Notes: generated by a model from the sequence alone, not told the origin. A DNA stretch of 63,438 nucleotides, filler included, from Anaerolineae bacterium (GCA_029262755.1; 5 parts of 5 records of this genome joined end to end with filler, not necessarily neighbours in it), one strand, 5' to 3'; positions 41,191-51,068 are shown, counted from the whole stretch's first letter. Numbers and translations are program-made.

Positions 41191-43314
41191 ATGCCCCCTG
41201 GAAACCTCGCGCCTCCGCGCACCGTTCGCATGGCGCGCGGCACGCGCCTCGCCGCCTTCGCGGCTCTCCTGCTCTTCGCGGCCCTCGCCGCCGGCCCCGC
41301 GGCGCGTGCGATGCCGACGGGCGACGAGGACGCGTCCGATCGCGATGCGCACGCCGGGGCGAGCTCGCACGCGGACGCCTTGCAACGCGCGTTCGGTCCC
41401 GCCCCGCTCGACTTCACGACCGCGCCCGATGCCCCCGTCACCGTGGCGCAGGCCGTGGCCGAGTACGACGCGTGGCGCGCGAGCAAAGCCGGGCGCGCGG
41501 CGCTGGCCGCGGTTCCGGCCGATACCGACGACGAGCCCTGGGACACCATCGAGGCCTGCATCACGAGCGAGATGGCGGACCGCAACACGCCGGGCGCCTC
41601 GATTGCCGTTCAACTCGAAGGCCAGCCGCTGTGGGCCAAGGCCTACGGCATCAAGCACGAGGACCAGCCGGACGAAGCGGTGGACACCGAGACGATCTTC
41701 CGCATCGGCTCCACCACCAAGATGATGACCTCCGCGGCCATCATGCAGCAGGTGGAGGCAGGCACTATCGACCTCCAGGCGCCGATCACGGACATCATCA
41801 CGGACTTCATGGTGGCCGGGACGTGGGACTATCCGGGCGTCGGAACCGACGACATCAGCACGCACGCGCTGATGAGCCATTCCAGCGCATTCCCGGACAA
41901 CATCTTCAACTACTTCCAGGGCTGGAGCGGCCCGACCACAGACACCGCCCTCGGCGAGTGGGCCGCGGATCAGGACAGCGTGATCCTGCACGCCCCGCCG
42001 GGCTCGTTCTGGAACTACAGCAATCCCGGCTTCTCGCTTGCCGGGCGGATGGTGGAGCTCGCTTCTGGCGAGAACTACCACGAGTACATGGTCGATCACC
42101 TGTGGCGCCCGCTTGGGATGAACGACACGCACCTGCTGCCCGCGGACGTGCTGGCCGACGGCAACTACAGCTACGGCAACGCCGCGACGGATCCCATCAC
42201 CGGCGCAGCGCTGCCGGCGCAGGCGCCCGACGACTTCGACAGCCGCGCGATCGCACCAGCCGGCTACGCCTTCTCGACCCCGACGGACATGGTGGCATGG
42301 GCGGCGATGCTGATGGCCGGCGGTGGCGAGGTGCTCAGCCAGGCCAGTGTCGACGCGATGCAGGCCACGCAGATTCCCGTCCAGATGATCCCCGAGCAGA
42401 CCTACGGCTACGGGATCTTCATCGAAGACGTATTCGACCTCAACGTATACAACCACGGCGGGAACGTTTCCGGCTTCAGCTCGCAGTTCTTCTGGGTGCC
42501 CGAGCGCGGTATTGCAATCAGCATCCTGGCCAACACGATCCAGTCGCTGTCACGCACGGCCGGTTGTGCGGTGCGCGCAGCGCTCGGCGAAGAGCCGCAG
42601 CCCGATCCCGATCGCTCGACCGACCCCGCTACGTGGCAGCGCTACACGGGCGTTTACAAGGGCCTCAACGTGGCCGGCACCGAAATGAGCGCCATCATCA
42701 CACACGAGGGCGATCATCTGCTGGCGACGCTACCGGACATCATCGCCCCAGGCGTGCCGTTCACCTCGACCCTGCAACAGGCCTACTTCGACACCTTCGC
42801 GATGGACACCGACGGCGATCGCAGCCCGGACAGCCCCGTCACGTTCATCAATGAGGGCGCCGGCCCGCACGGCGCGGACGATCCGCCCCGCTGGCTGCGC
42901 CACCGCGGCTTCGTGCTCTCTCGCCAGGCCGACCTGCCCGATCCGACGCAGGCCACGACTACCCCAGGCCCAACGCCCGGCGCCACGGCCACGCAGGTGC
43001 CGGTGCCCACGAACACGCCACCGGTAGAGCCGACGATCGAGCCGACGACAATGCCGACGATCATGCCGACGGCGCGCCCCACCGTGGACATCCAACCGCA
43101 GGCCTGCCCGGACGTCGAGGCCAAGGTATCGGCCGCGATCCGCTCCGCGGCGCTGGCCAACCCGTCGGCCATCAACGGCTACGGCGAGCGCTGCTTCCCG
43201 AGCCAGCCGGCCAGCCCCTTCAACCCGCTGCGCGACACGTTGGACCTTCAGAACCCCAACCGTCCGCACCACCCGATCTTCAACCCGCTCGTGTTCACGT
43301 GCGGGTGCCGGTAG
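41191..43314 (+). CDS. Secreted class C beta-lactamase-like serine hydrolase with Pro/Thr linker and 4-Cys C-terminal module
   Basis: GGAG RBS, signal peptide, SxxK (GSTTK), YSN, HGG; PT repeats; ends FTCGCR. Confidence 0.9.
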   Translation: MPPGNLAPPRTVRMARGTRLAAFAALLLFAALAAGPAARAMPTGDEDASDRDAHAGASSHADALQRAFGPAPLDFTTAPDAPVTVAQAVAEYDAWRASKAGRAALAAVPADTDDEPWDTIEACITSEMADRNTPGASIAVQLEGQPLWAKAYGIKHEDQPDEAVDTETIFRIGSTTKMMTSAAIMQQVEAGTIDLQAPITDIITDFMVAGTWDYPGVGTDDISTHALMSHSSAFPDNIFNYFQGWSGPTTDTALGEWAADQDSVILHAPPGSFWNYSNPGFSLAGRMVELASGENYHEYMVDHLWRPLGMNDTHLLPADVLADGNYSYGNAATDPITGAALPAQAPDDFDSRAIAPAGYAFSTPTDMVAWAAMLMAGGGEVLSQASVDAMQATQIPVQMIPEQTYGYGIFIEDVFDLNVYNHGGNVSGFSSQFFWVPERGIAISILANTIQSLSRTAGCAVRAALGEEPQPDPDRSTDPATWQRYTGVYKGLNVAGTEMSAIITHEGDHLLATLPDIIAPGVPFTSTLQQAYFDTFAMDTDGDRSPDSPVTFINEGAGPHGADDPPRWLRHRGFVLSRQADLPDPTQATTTPGPTPGATATQVPVPTNTPPVEPTIEPTTMPTIMPTARPTVDIQPQACPDVEAKVSAAIRSAALANPSAINGYGERCFPSQPASPFNPLRDTLDLQNPNRPHHPIFNPLVFTCGCR

Positions 43315-43507
43315 GAGAGGGGGCGCGGCCAAAAGAGTGCTAGTCCGACGGCGACTGGACGGCGGATGTTCGCCTGGTAGGCAACAAGTGGAACGTGATG
43401 GCTCGCTGTAGTAGGTCGCCATGCTCACAAGAACCTCCACGCTGAACGCGCTGGCCAGCCTATCGTTGCTCACGTTGATAACATCGTGCCCCAAGGAGCC
43501 TCTCCCC

Positions 43508-44167
43508 ATGCTCGATCTCCAACGATGGGGTGGCATTGCCGCCCTAGTCGAAGCCGCCACCTTCCTCTTCGGCATCGCCCTGTTGCTCACGCGCCTGGCG
43601 CCGATGGCCGAGGCCAGTGACCCGGTCGCGACGGCGGACTTCCTGGTGGATAACCATGCGACGCTGCAGCTTTGGCACCTCGTGATCTACCTCGTCTTCG
43701 GCGCCTTCCTCGTTGTTCTCGCCCTGGCCTTGCACGAGCGACTCGCTGCGGGCTCGTCGGCCCTGATGCGCGTGGCGAGTGCCTTCGGCCTGATCTGGGC
43801 CGGGCTCATGTTCGCCAGCGGCATGGTCGCCAACGTCGGCCTCGAGGCCGTGGTGGGGATGCACGAGGGCGACCCCGCCGCTGCCGCCGTGCTGTGGACC
43901 GCCGTGAACACCGTGCTCGACGGGCTGGGTGGTGGCAACGAGATCGTTGGCGGTCTGTGGGTGACTCTTCTGAGCGGTGCCGCGCTGCGCGCCGGCGGGC
44001 TACCCAGGGGCTTGGCCTACCTCGGGCTGCTCGTCGGGCTGGCGGGGCTGGTGACGGTGATCCCCGGACTGTCCGCGCTGGGCATGGTCTTCGGGCTGGG
44101 CTGCATCCTGTGGTTCCTGTGGACAGGCGTCGTGCTGCTGCGCACGGGACAGTCATCGCCGGCCTAG
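43508..44167 (+). CDS. DUF4386-like membrane protein
   Basis: AAGGAG RBS; about 6 TM helices; GGGNEIVGGLW motif. Confidence 0.7.
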   Translation: MLDLQRWGGIAALVEAATFLFGIALLLTRLAPMAEASDPVATADFLVDNHATLQLWHLVIYLVFGAFLVVLALALHERLAAGSSALMRVASAFGLIWAGLMFASGMVANVGLEAVVGMHEGDPAAAAVLWTAVNTVLDGLGGGNEIVGGLWVTLLSGAALRAGGLPRGLAYLGLLVGLAGLVTVIPGLSALGMVFGLGCILWFLWTGVVLLRTGQSSPA

Positions 44168-44288
44168 CCGGCCTTGCCGGCCTCGCCGCGCACCCAGTGC
44201 TCAGATCACTGCACCGAAGGCAGACAGATATGAGAGGCGACTTACGATAGACAAGCGACAGCGCATCACACGGCGGCTCCGAATCATC

Positions 44289-45329
44289 ATGCCGATCGTG
44301 GGGTTGGTCTGCGCCACCGTCATCCCGCCGTGGGACATCTTCATCCCGTGGATGGCGCCACTGCCGGACACGGTGCAGGAGGAGGTTGTGAACGCGCTCG
44401 ACCACGGCCTCGACGGAATCGCCGTCCACGTGGATCGGGCGGGAGAGGAGCCCGCGTTCTACACCGCCGGCTGGAAGGACAAGGCGGCCGAGGTGCCGGC
44501 CGATCCACAGGCGCTGTTCAAGATTGGCAGCATTACGAAGCTGTACGTCGCCACTGCCGTAGCGAAGCTAGCCCACGACGGGACGCTGTCCCTGGACGGC
44601 ACGCTGGCGGACTACTTTCCCGAGCTCGTGGGGCGGATCGAGCACGCCGACCAGATCTCCGTGCGTCTGCTGGTACAGCATCGCAGCGGGATCCCAAACT
44701 ACACCGACGACGAGGACTGGGACTGGCTCGCGCCGCCGATAGACGATGACGCGAGCCTGGCGCTGATCCTAGACGACCCTGCGGACTTCGCCCCCGATGC
44801 GCGCTACCGCTATTCCAACACCAACTATCTCCTGCTGGGGCGCATCCTCGATCAGGCATTGGGGTACGACTACACCCACTACATCCGCGGTGAGATCCTG
44901 GACCCTCTTGGCCTGACGGACACGTACTTCGCCCTGGACGAGGTGTCGCTCGATGACCTGGCCAGCGGATACTGGTACGGCTACGAAGACGATCTCAAAG
45001 GGGTCCGTGGAGGCCGGAACACCGCAGGTTCGATGATCGCCACGGCGCGCGATGTCGCCGTGTTCCTGCGCGCGCTGAACGACGGCTCGCTGCTGAGCGA
45101 CGAGGAGCAGGTGCTCTACTCCTCGATCTACGAGTACGGGCACACGGGCTGGGTGCCGGGCTATTACAGCATCGCTCGCTATCACGAGGACATCGATGCC
45201 GTGGTCGTCCAGTTCGTAGGCAACACCGGCGGTGAAACATGGGGGCTGTCGGTCGTCACCGGCGGCAAGGCCACCGGGATCTCGAACGCGGTGTATGGGC
45301 GGATCGTGCGGATTCTGCGGCGGCAGTAG
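44289..45329 (+). CDS. Beta-lactamase-like serine hydrolase
   Basis: GSITK, QHRSG, YSNTNY, HTGW; frame extends upstream to an ATA at 44247. Confidence 0.9.
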   Translation: MPIVGLVCATVIPPWDIFIPWMAPLPDTVQEEVVNALDHGLDGIAVHVDRAGEEPAFYTAGWKDKAAEVPADPQALFKIGSITKLYVATAVAKLAHDGTLSLDGTLADYFPELVGRIEHADQISVRLLVQHRSGIPNYTDDEDWDWLAPPIDDDASLALILDDPADFAPDARYRYSNTNYLLLGRILDQALGYDYTHYIRGEILDPLGLTDTYFALDEVSLDDLASGYWYGYEDDLKGVRGGRNTAGSMIATARDVAVFLRALNDGSLLSDEEQVLYSSIYEYGHTGWVPGYYSIARYHEDIDAVVVQFVGNTGGETWGLSVVTGGKATGISNAVYGRIVRILRRQ

Positions 45330-45407
45330 CCGGGCGGCGTCACCGCATCGCATGCCACGTTCGAGCAATCCGATGGCCCGAGCAAGTTCGTCTTCGATGG
45401 TCTCATC

Positions 45408-45926
45408 GTGGCACCAGCGGAAGTCTACGGCGAGGTGCGCCAGGCGTGGGCCGAGTACGTCTGCGTGAAGGTCGACAAGATCGGCCCCAAGTCGCCGGCG
45501 CTGAGCTTCGAGGAGGCCGCTTGCCTGGCTATCGCGGGCCGCACGGCGCTCGAAGCCATTCGCGACCACGAGCGCTGGACCGACACCGACCACCGCTACG
45601 ACCTCGTGCTCGACCTGGCCGGTGTGGGTAGCTTCCGTAAGGTCACCCGGATGGTGACCCCCACCGGACGGTATGTCGCCTCGTCCGCCAGCTTTGTCAG
45701 GCTGCTGAAGACGATCGCGGGTTCGCTCTCCAACAGCCAGGTCGCGGGCCCGTGGATCCAGCAGCAGGAGCCTAAGAACTACTGGGTGCTCAACGAGCTG
45801 GTGGAGGCCGGTACGGTCAGGCCGTTCATCGAGCGGCAATATGCCTTCGAGGAGATCCCGCAGGCTCTCGGCAAGCAGGGCCAGGGAGGCGCTCAGGGTA
45901 AGAAGGGGCTGACCATTCGCGCGTAG
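45408..45926 (+). pseudogene. Truncated, internally deleted NAD(P)-dependent MDR alcohol dehydrogenase/quinone reductase
   Basis: AEYVCV..LSFEEAA..TALEAIRD jumps to YDLVLD..RPFIERQYAFEEI; the N-terminal GroES part and GxxGxxG Rossmann segment are absent. Confidence 0.7.
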
Positions 45927-46475
45927 GACCATGTCTCGAACACCCACCACTTCGCACAATCACCCCGCCTGCCCAGGAGCAAGTCCGACCAAGGTCCGCG
46001 CAGCGAGTTGGTGCGGACCTGTGAATCCGTTGCCGAACGTCAGCCACACTCAGCGAGCACCCGTCCACATGGTTGGCCAAACCGGCACCAACGCGTTCTT
46101 CGCTCGCCTCCGATGCACTGTGAGGGGCTGTGCGGATGGCTTCGTGAGCGCGACCACTCTAGCCGGACAATTCAGTTGCGGCTCGTGGCTAGATTGGATA
46201 GGCTGCTGGGGGAGCTGCGAGTTCCTGGGCGTCGGGAAACGAGAACTCATGGGATTCTTTTGCATCTGCGGAGAAGCGCGGGAATTGCTCTGTTACACGG
46301 GCTACGTCTGGCGTAGGGCCGGCAAAGAGTAGGGTCTTTTTCGAGACGGGCTTTCCATCTTTTCCTGCCCGAGTGCGGCGACAACACAGTATTGCCTCAG
46401 TCCTGCCGACGCAGACCCCGGAAAGTTGGTGATGACCCGGTTGAGCCCGACTCCGGTGAGACCTGCGACCTTACC

Positions 46476-46616
46476 TCAACCTGTTAGTTCGAGACGGCCA
46501 CTACGGCTTGTGATCGCGACAACCGAGCTTTCACCGTCACTGTTGATGTGGACTGGAATCAGACCACAGACTCGTGGGACGCCTCCCCAAACGCAGGTGT
46601 CCAGCAAGACCCGCAC
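46476..46616 (-). pseudogene. Truncated DUF5615-like PIN toxin
   Basis: Starts MRVLLDTCVWGG 3 nt after the antitoxin stop, then unrelated sequence and a stop at codon 47. Confidence 0.65.
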
Positions 46617-46619
46617 GGA

Positions 46620-46862
46620 TCAGGCGCTCTTGAGCTCCACGCGCTCTCGGCCGACCAAGCGCCGCGCGTAGAGTAAGCAGGCCAGGATGTCGTCTCGTTC
46701 GAGCCAGGGATATCCCTCGAGGATCGTCTCGATCGAGTCGCCGGCAGCCAACATGGCCAGGACGTGTTCCACCGCGATCCGATGCCCGCGGATGATCGGC
46801 TTGCCACCGAAGATCTCCGGGTTGAAGGTGATGCGCTCGAGAAGGTCGCGATCGTCAGTCAC
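46620..46862 (-). CDS. DUF433 family antitoxin
   Basis: RITFNPEIFGGKPIIRGHRI..ILEGYPWLERDDILACLLYA. Confidence 0.92.
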   Translation of the reverse strand: MTDDRDLLERITFNPEIFGGKPIIRGHRIAVEHVLAMLAAGDSIETILEGYPWLERDDILACLLYARRLVGRERVELKSA

Positions 46863-46907
46863 GGGACACCGCATATCGGACAATGCTGCAGCGAGGAACC
46901 TGAGTCG

Positions 46908-46916
46908 AGTATAGCA
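46908..46916 (-). promoter_or_regulatory. Extended -10 promoter of the toxin-antitoxin module
   Basis: TGCTATACT on the minus strand, 45 nt upstream of the GTG start. Confidence 0.5.
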
Positions 46917-46920
46917 GCCC

Positions 46921-47091
46921 CTACCCCGCGGCTGCCTCCCTCTCCCGCTTCTTCCGCTTCTCCACCTTCTGCCGCGCGCCCGCATCCAGCTGGCGCTAGC
47001 GCATGCAGATGGCCGCCGGCGTGGCCTCCACCAGGTCTTCCGGCCCGATGTGCTCGATGACCTCATCCTGGCTGAAGCGGATGGGCAGGTT
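46921..47091 (-). pseudogene. typA: Decayed 3'-terminal fragment of translational GTPase TypA/BipA
   Basis: Manual translation NLPIRFSQDEVIEHIGPEDLVEATPAAICMR*RQLDAGARQKVEKRKKREREAAAG* matches the TypA C-terminal pattern (P...SLE.A.E.I..DELVEVTP..IR.RK..L); internal TAG at 46996-46998. Confidence 0.75.
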
Positions 47092-47312
47092 TCAGATCCC
47101 GCTCACTCGGATGGCGAGGATATGTTGACTTACCGCACGATCCCTGAATCTACGCGCAGACCCTACCGTATTCGGTAAGCAATGTCGGTATGACATTCAC
47201 AGTCAGGATCCGCTCGGTCCATACGAGTTTCTACCCCGTCCCGTTATGTTGTAGACCGCGCAACGCCACGGGAACATCTGCCCGAAAGGCGATCTTCAGG
47301 CACATCGCATAC

Positions 47313-49589
47313 TTAGAAGCGCTGCGAATCGCGAACGGCGCGCCCGAGCCACGGGAGAACGAGCGGCGCCGCGTCGGACGAAGGTGCTGCCGGCGTACCC
47401 CGCGTCCCAATCGGGCTCGGCACCGGGCTCGCGGTACCCGTCGGTTCCGGCGTCGCCGAAGCACGCGGCGTGGGCGGTGGTCGCGTCGGGCCGTCCGCAC
47501 CGGGCGTCGTTTCCGGCGGCGCGTAGCGTTGGAGCACGCCGTCGAAGAGCAGCCAGGCCTCGTCGCCGACCGTGGTCAGCACGGAGGCGCCGTTGCTGAG
47601 CGCGAGCGGTGCACTTTCGCCGGGGCTCAGGCTCACCGCGTCCGGGAGATCAAAGCGTTGGAGGCCGGCGGACGTGGGGCCCTGCCAATGGGTCCAGAGC
47701 GAGGTGTCGGAGCGGGCGATCTCGCGCACCGTGCCCGGCATGTCGATGCCGTCGCGGGTGATCGGGCGGTTCGGGTTGCGCAGGTCGAGCAGGGTGAGGA
47801 GGCCGCCCGCGCCCATGGCCGCGATGCCTCCGCGCACGCTCGCTTGACGCGACGTGAGTCCCGGCGCTGCGATCAGCGCGCCTGGCTCGGCGACGTGGTC
47901 GCCCAGCAGCAGCGATCGCAGCGCTGGGGGCTGGAGGCGCAGCCAAAGCACGTCGCCATCCAGCGAAGCGGAGAGAGCACGGACACCGCGCGCAACCGGT
48001 CGGCTAACGGCGCCGCGCGTGCCGTCCGACGGCCACCACGCATGCGACTGGCCTTGGCCATCGCTCAGAAACGCGGCTTCGTCGGTGGCGGCGAGCAGGA
48101 CCGGCTGGTGCCCGCCGGAGGCGTCGAAGGACCATTGGTCCTGCACGGCAAGCGGTGCGTCGGCGCCGCCGGTGAGCGCCAGCACTGCCCACGGCGACAG
48201 GCCGAACATGCGTCCATTCTGCGAGACCACGATATCGCGTAGGCCTCCAAGGAACGACTCCTCTACCTGCACCGAGCGCGGTGGCGCGTCGGCGACGAGC
48301 GTGGCTAGTTCGCCCGCCTCGTCGAGGAGCCAGAGGCCAGGCGGATTGCCCATGGCCGCCACGTCGCGCAAGGGCCAGGGGCGGGTCGTGACGTCCATGT
48401 TGGGCGGGCCTTCGCGCGTTTGGCCGTCGCCGTCCAGCCACGTCAGCGACGTCTCTCCAGCGACGAGCAGCTGCCGGCCCGTCGCGGCCAAATTGGTGGC
48501 CGCTTCGGCAAAAGAAACCGGCGGATGCACATCGCGGCGAGCGTCGAGGTCGCGCCGGTGAACGACCCCGTCCGCGAGGATCCACAGCATGGAGTCCACC
48601 AACGTGGCCGCGCGCAGGTCGGAACGCACGTCGAACTCCATGTTGCCGAACAGGAGGAGCGCATCGGCGGTGCGCTTCACGGCGGTCACCATGCCGCCAC
48701 GGCCCACGACCACGGCAATCTCGCCGTCGACGGTCAAGAGTTGCGCCAGCTGGGTCGGCAACGGCAGCCGGGCGATCGGAGGCGAGTTCGGCTGGGTGGC
48801 GTCCACCTCCATGAGTTCCAAGACGCCCGGCAGACGTGGACCGCGACTCCACCCGGCCATCACCAGCAGGCGCTCTTCGTCGTCGCCTTCCGGACGATCC
48901 AGTCGTGGCGCTGCGACGAGCGCGGTCAGCGAGCTCAGCGTGAAGTCTGACTCGGGCGGCTCAGGAATCCACGGAGCGAGGAAACTCGGCCGGCCCGGAT
49001 CAGCCAGCGATACGCGCGCCACACGGCTGGCCCCATCGACCAGCCAGACGACGTCCCCCGTCATGGCGGCCAAACGCGCCGGAGCGTGCAAGCGCACGCT
49101 GCCCTTCACGACCAACTCGCCCCCCTCATGCTCCAAGACCTGCAACGACTCGCCGGCCACGACAATCAGGCCGCCACCGGCAACGAGCGTATCGATGCGC
49201 GGCCCGAGCGGCGGGCTCACGGCCACGATCGCGCCGCGCTCGCCGCTGGCCGGGTCGATCGCGAGGACGCGCGAGTGCACGCTGACGAGCACGAGCTCCC
49301 CAAAGGGCGCGGTCTGCCCGTAGCGCCCGCCGAGCTCGGCGAGCAGCCGCAAGTCCTGGCCGGAGGTGGCAGGAGCGAGGGCGGCGGAGGCGAAGGCGGG
49401 AGCGGCGGAAATGGAGGCGGAAGCGGCAGAGGCGGGGGGCGCTGATGGCGCGGCGGATCCCGCGTGGGGTGCGGCGATGCCTGCGATCGACATGGTTGAT
49501 GCGGTCGCAAGCACCGGCACGAGAACAGCGCAGCTCGCCGCGAACAACCAGGAACCGGCTCTGCGCGACCATCCAAGACGCCTCGGCAT
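47313..49589 (-). CDS. Secreted beta-propeller (LVIVD-like) protein with Pro/Thr tail
   Basis: GAGGAGG RBS, signal peptide, LRLLAELGG, short beta repeats (LLDLRNPNRP), PT linker, LVLPWLGR. Confidence 0.75.
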   Translation of the reverse strand: MPRRLGWSRRAGSWLFAASCAVLVPVLATASTMSIAGIAAPHAGSAAPSAPPASAASASISAAPAFASAALAPATSGQDLRLLAELGGRYGQTAPFGELVLVSVHSRVLAIDPASGERGAIVAVSPPLGPRIDTLVAGGGLIVVAGESLQVLEHEGGELVVKGSVRLHAPARLAAMTGDVVWLVDGASRVARVSLADPGRPSFLAPWIPEPPESDFTLSSLTALVAAPRLDRPEGDDEERLLVMAGWSRGPRLPGVLELMEVDATQPNSPPIARLPLPTQLAQLLTVDGEIAVVVGRGGMVTAVKRTADALLLFGNMEFDVRSDLRAATLVDSMLWILADGVVHRRDLDARRDVHPPVSFAEAATNLAATGRQLLVAGETSLTWLDGDGQTREGPPNMDVTTRPWPLRDVAAMGNPPGLWLLDEAGELATLVADAPPRSVQVEESFLGGLRDIVVSQNGRMFGLSPWAVLALTGGADAPLAVQDQWSFDASGGHQPVLLAATDEAAFLSDGQGQSHAWWPSDGTRGAVSRPVARGVRALSASLDGDVLWLRLQPPALRSLLLGDHVAEPGALIAAPGLTSRQASVRGGIAAMGAGGLLTLLDLRNPNRPITRDGIDMPGTVREIARSDTSLWTHWQGPTSAGLQRFDLPDAVSLSPGESAPLALSNGASVLTTVGDEAWLLFDGVLQRYAPPETTPGADGPTRPPPTPRASATPEPTGTASPVPSPIGTRGTPAAPSSDAAPLVLPWLGRAVRDSQRF

Positions 49590-49823
49590 GCAGCGACCTC
49601 CTCGTGCGGGGTTCAGGGTGCCACGCGCTGCCGGACGCGTTCGCGATCGAGCGATGGGTGACATGCAGGTAGCGCCGCCGTGCAACCTCGACCCTATGCC
49701 GCGTTGTTCTCTTCCAAGGTCTGACATAGCGTCGCCGCACGGCCCGACTCGATCGACACCCAATCCGACGCACGCGAGCGCGAATCCGACACGATCAATT
49801 GGTGTGCGGCAGGCGTCCAAGGG

Positions 49824-51068
49824 TCAGTCGATCCGCAGCCACCGATTTCGTATGTCGGTGCGGCGCCCCGACCAGGGCAGGAATACGCGTTCGTCGCTCG
49901 CGGCGCCGGGAATGACGGTATGCGTGGCGCTGGGGGTTGGACCGGGCTCGCGCCGAGGGAATAGCTCGTAGCGGCGGATCGCACGGTTGTTTCCGATCAA
50001 CCAAACTCCGGTCTCGTCCGCGAACATGTCGTACACCTTGGGTCCCGGGTCGGTTGGGACCGAGCCCAAGTCCACGAGCCGGCCGGAGTCCGACACATCG
50101 ATGGCGGAGAGACCAGCGCGCCGATGGTCCGCCCATGCAATCCACGCGATATTGCCCCCGACCGCGATGCGGCGGATGGTTTCGGGCTGGTCCAATACAT
50201 CCAGCTCCATGCGCTTGGGCGGCGCTGAGAGGTCGAGCAGAGCGGCCCGATCCGCCAGGCCCCAAAGGGCTCGGTTGGGCCAGAACGCGAACTCGCGATC
50301 GACCAGGGGCGGCAACAGCCGCGAACTCTGCGGCGCGAGCGCTCCCGAAGCAAGGTCGTAGCGAAGGAGTCGCGATTCGCCCACCCCCTGCGTGACAATC
50401 CACGCGTCGTCGCCGTGTACAAAGCCGGATAACGCAGACTCCGACTCGGGTAGCGGCAGGACAAAGGGCGGTGGGCGATTCTGGATCGGGTAGCGTCGCT
50501 GGACCCTAACCGTGTTGTTGGTGTCTCGATACAGCAGGGTGCTGCCGTCGGCGGCTAGAAGTCCCTCCGGATCAACTGAGTTCTCCACCGCTGGATAGAA
50601 GGTCGGACGAAGAAGGCCATCCCCCTTGTCGAGGGCGATCTCGATGCGTTGCGCCCGCACCATGATGAGATGGTCCCCGGCCCCAAGTACGTCCGTAACG
50701 TTCTCCGGTCCGGCGGCACGAGGAATCGTTTTTGCGTTGAGCAGGGGAGCCGTAGTTGGAATCGTGTGTAGTCGACCAGCACTCGTCACAAACCATGCGC
50801 TCAAGCGGGTCCGAGTGCCTCGCTCGTACTGCCAGTTAAAGAGGCCAGGCTCGTACGAATCTCTTCCCAGCTCATTGACGAAGCGCGGGCCGTACCTCGT
50901 CAACCAGGCCGGCCGCCCTCCGTGGTCAAAGAGCTTGGGACCACGATGGTGGTTTCTTCGTACGAAAGTCCAACGGGAGGTGGTCAGCGAGTCGTACCGA
51001 ATCAGCTTTCCGTTCGAAGTAGCCCGCCACAGGCGGTCGCGGATCCAGAGTAACTCGACCGTCCAAGT
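49824..51068 (-). CDS. Secreted beta-propeller (LVIVD-like) protein, 5'-truncated
   Basis: Frame is open to the gap; LLDLSAP and GLSAIDVSDSG repeats; PT linker; VFLPWSGR. Confidence 0.7.
   Translation of the reverse strand, partial: TWTVELLWIRDRLWRATSNGKLIRYDSLTTSRWTFVRRNHHRGPKLFDHGGRPAWLTRYGPRFVNELGRDSYEPGLFNWQYERGTRTRLSAWFVTSAGRLHTIPTTAPLLNAKTIPRAAGPENVTDVLGAGDHLIMVRAQRIEIALDKGDGLLRPTFYPAVENSVDPEGLLAADGSTLLYRDTNNTVRVQRRYPIQNRPPPFVLPLPESESALSGFVHGDDAWIVTQGVGESRLLRYDLASGALAPQSSRLLPPLVDREFAFWPNRALWGLADRAALLDLSAPPKRMELDVLDQPETIRRIAVGGNIAWIAWADHRRAGLSAIDVSDSGRLVDLGSVPTDPGPKVYDMFADETGVWLIGNNRAIRRYELFPRREPGPTPSATHTVIPGAASDERVFLPWSGRRTDIRNRWLRID

Noticed and set aside
44158..44188. GCCGGCCT(A/T/C) 9-bp triple repeat at the DUF4386-like stop
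   Set aside because: Short GC-rich slippage repeat with no evident function
41191..45329. Antibiotic-resistance beta-lactamases
   Set aside because: SxxK/YxN hydrolases of the broad esterase/peptidase family (HGG/HTG rather than KTG); resistance cannot be inferred
43400..46900. Integron cassette array
   Set aside because: No recognisable attC sites between genes and no integron integrase
46996..46998. In-frame TAG as pyrrolysine or read-through
   Set aside because: The fragment lacks the rest of typA and has other degenerate substitutions; a nonsense mutation is simpler
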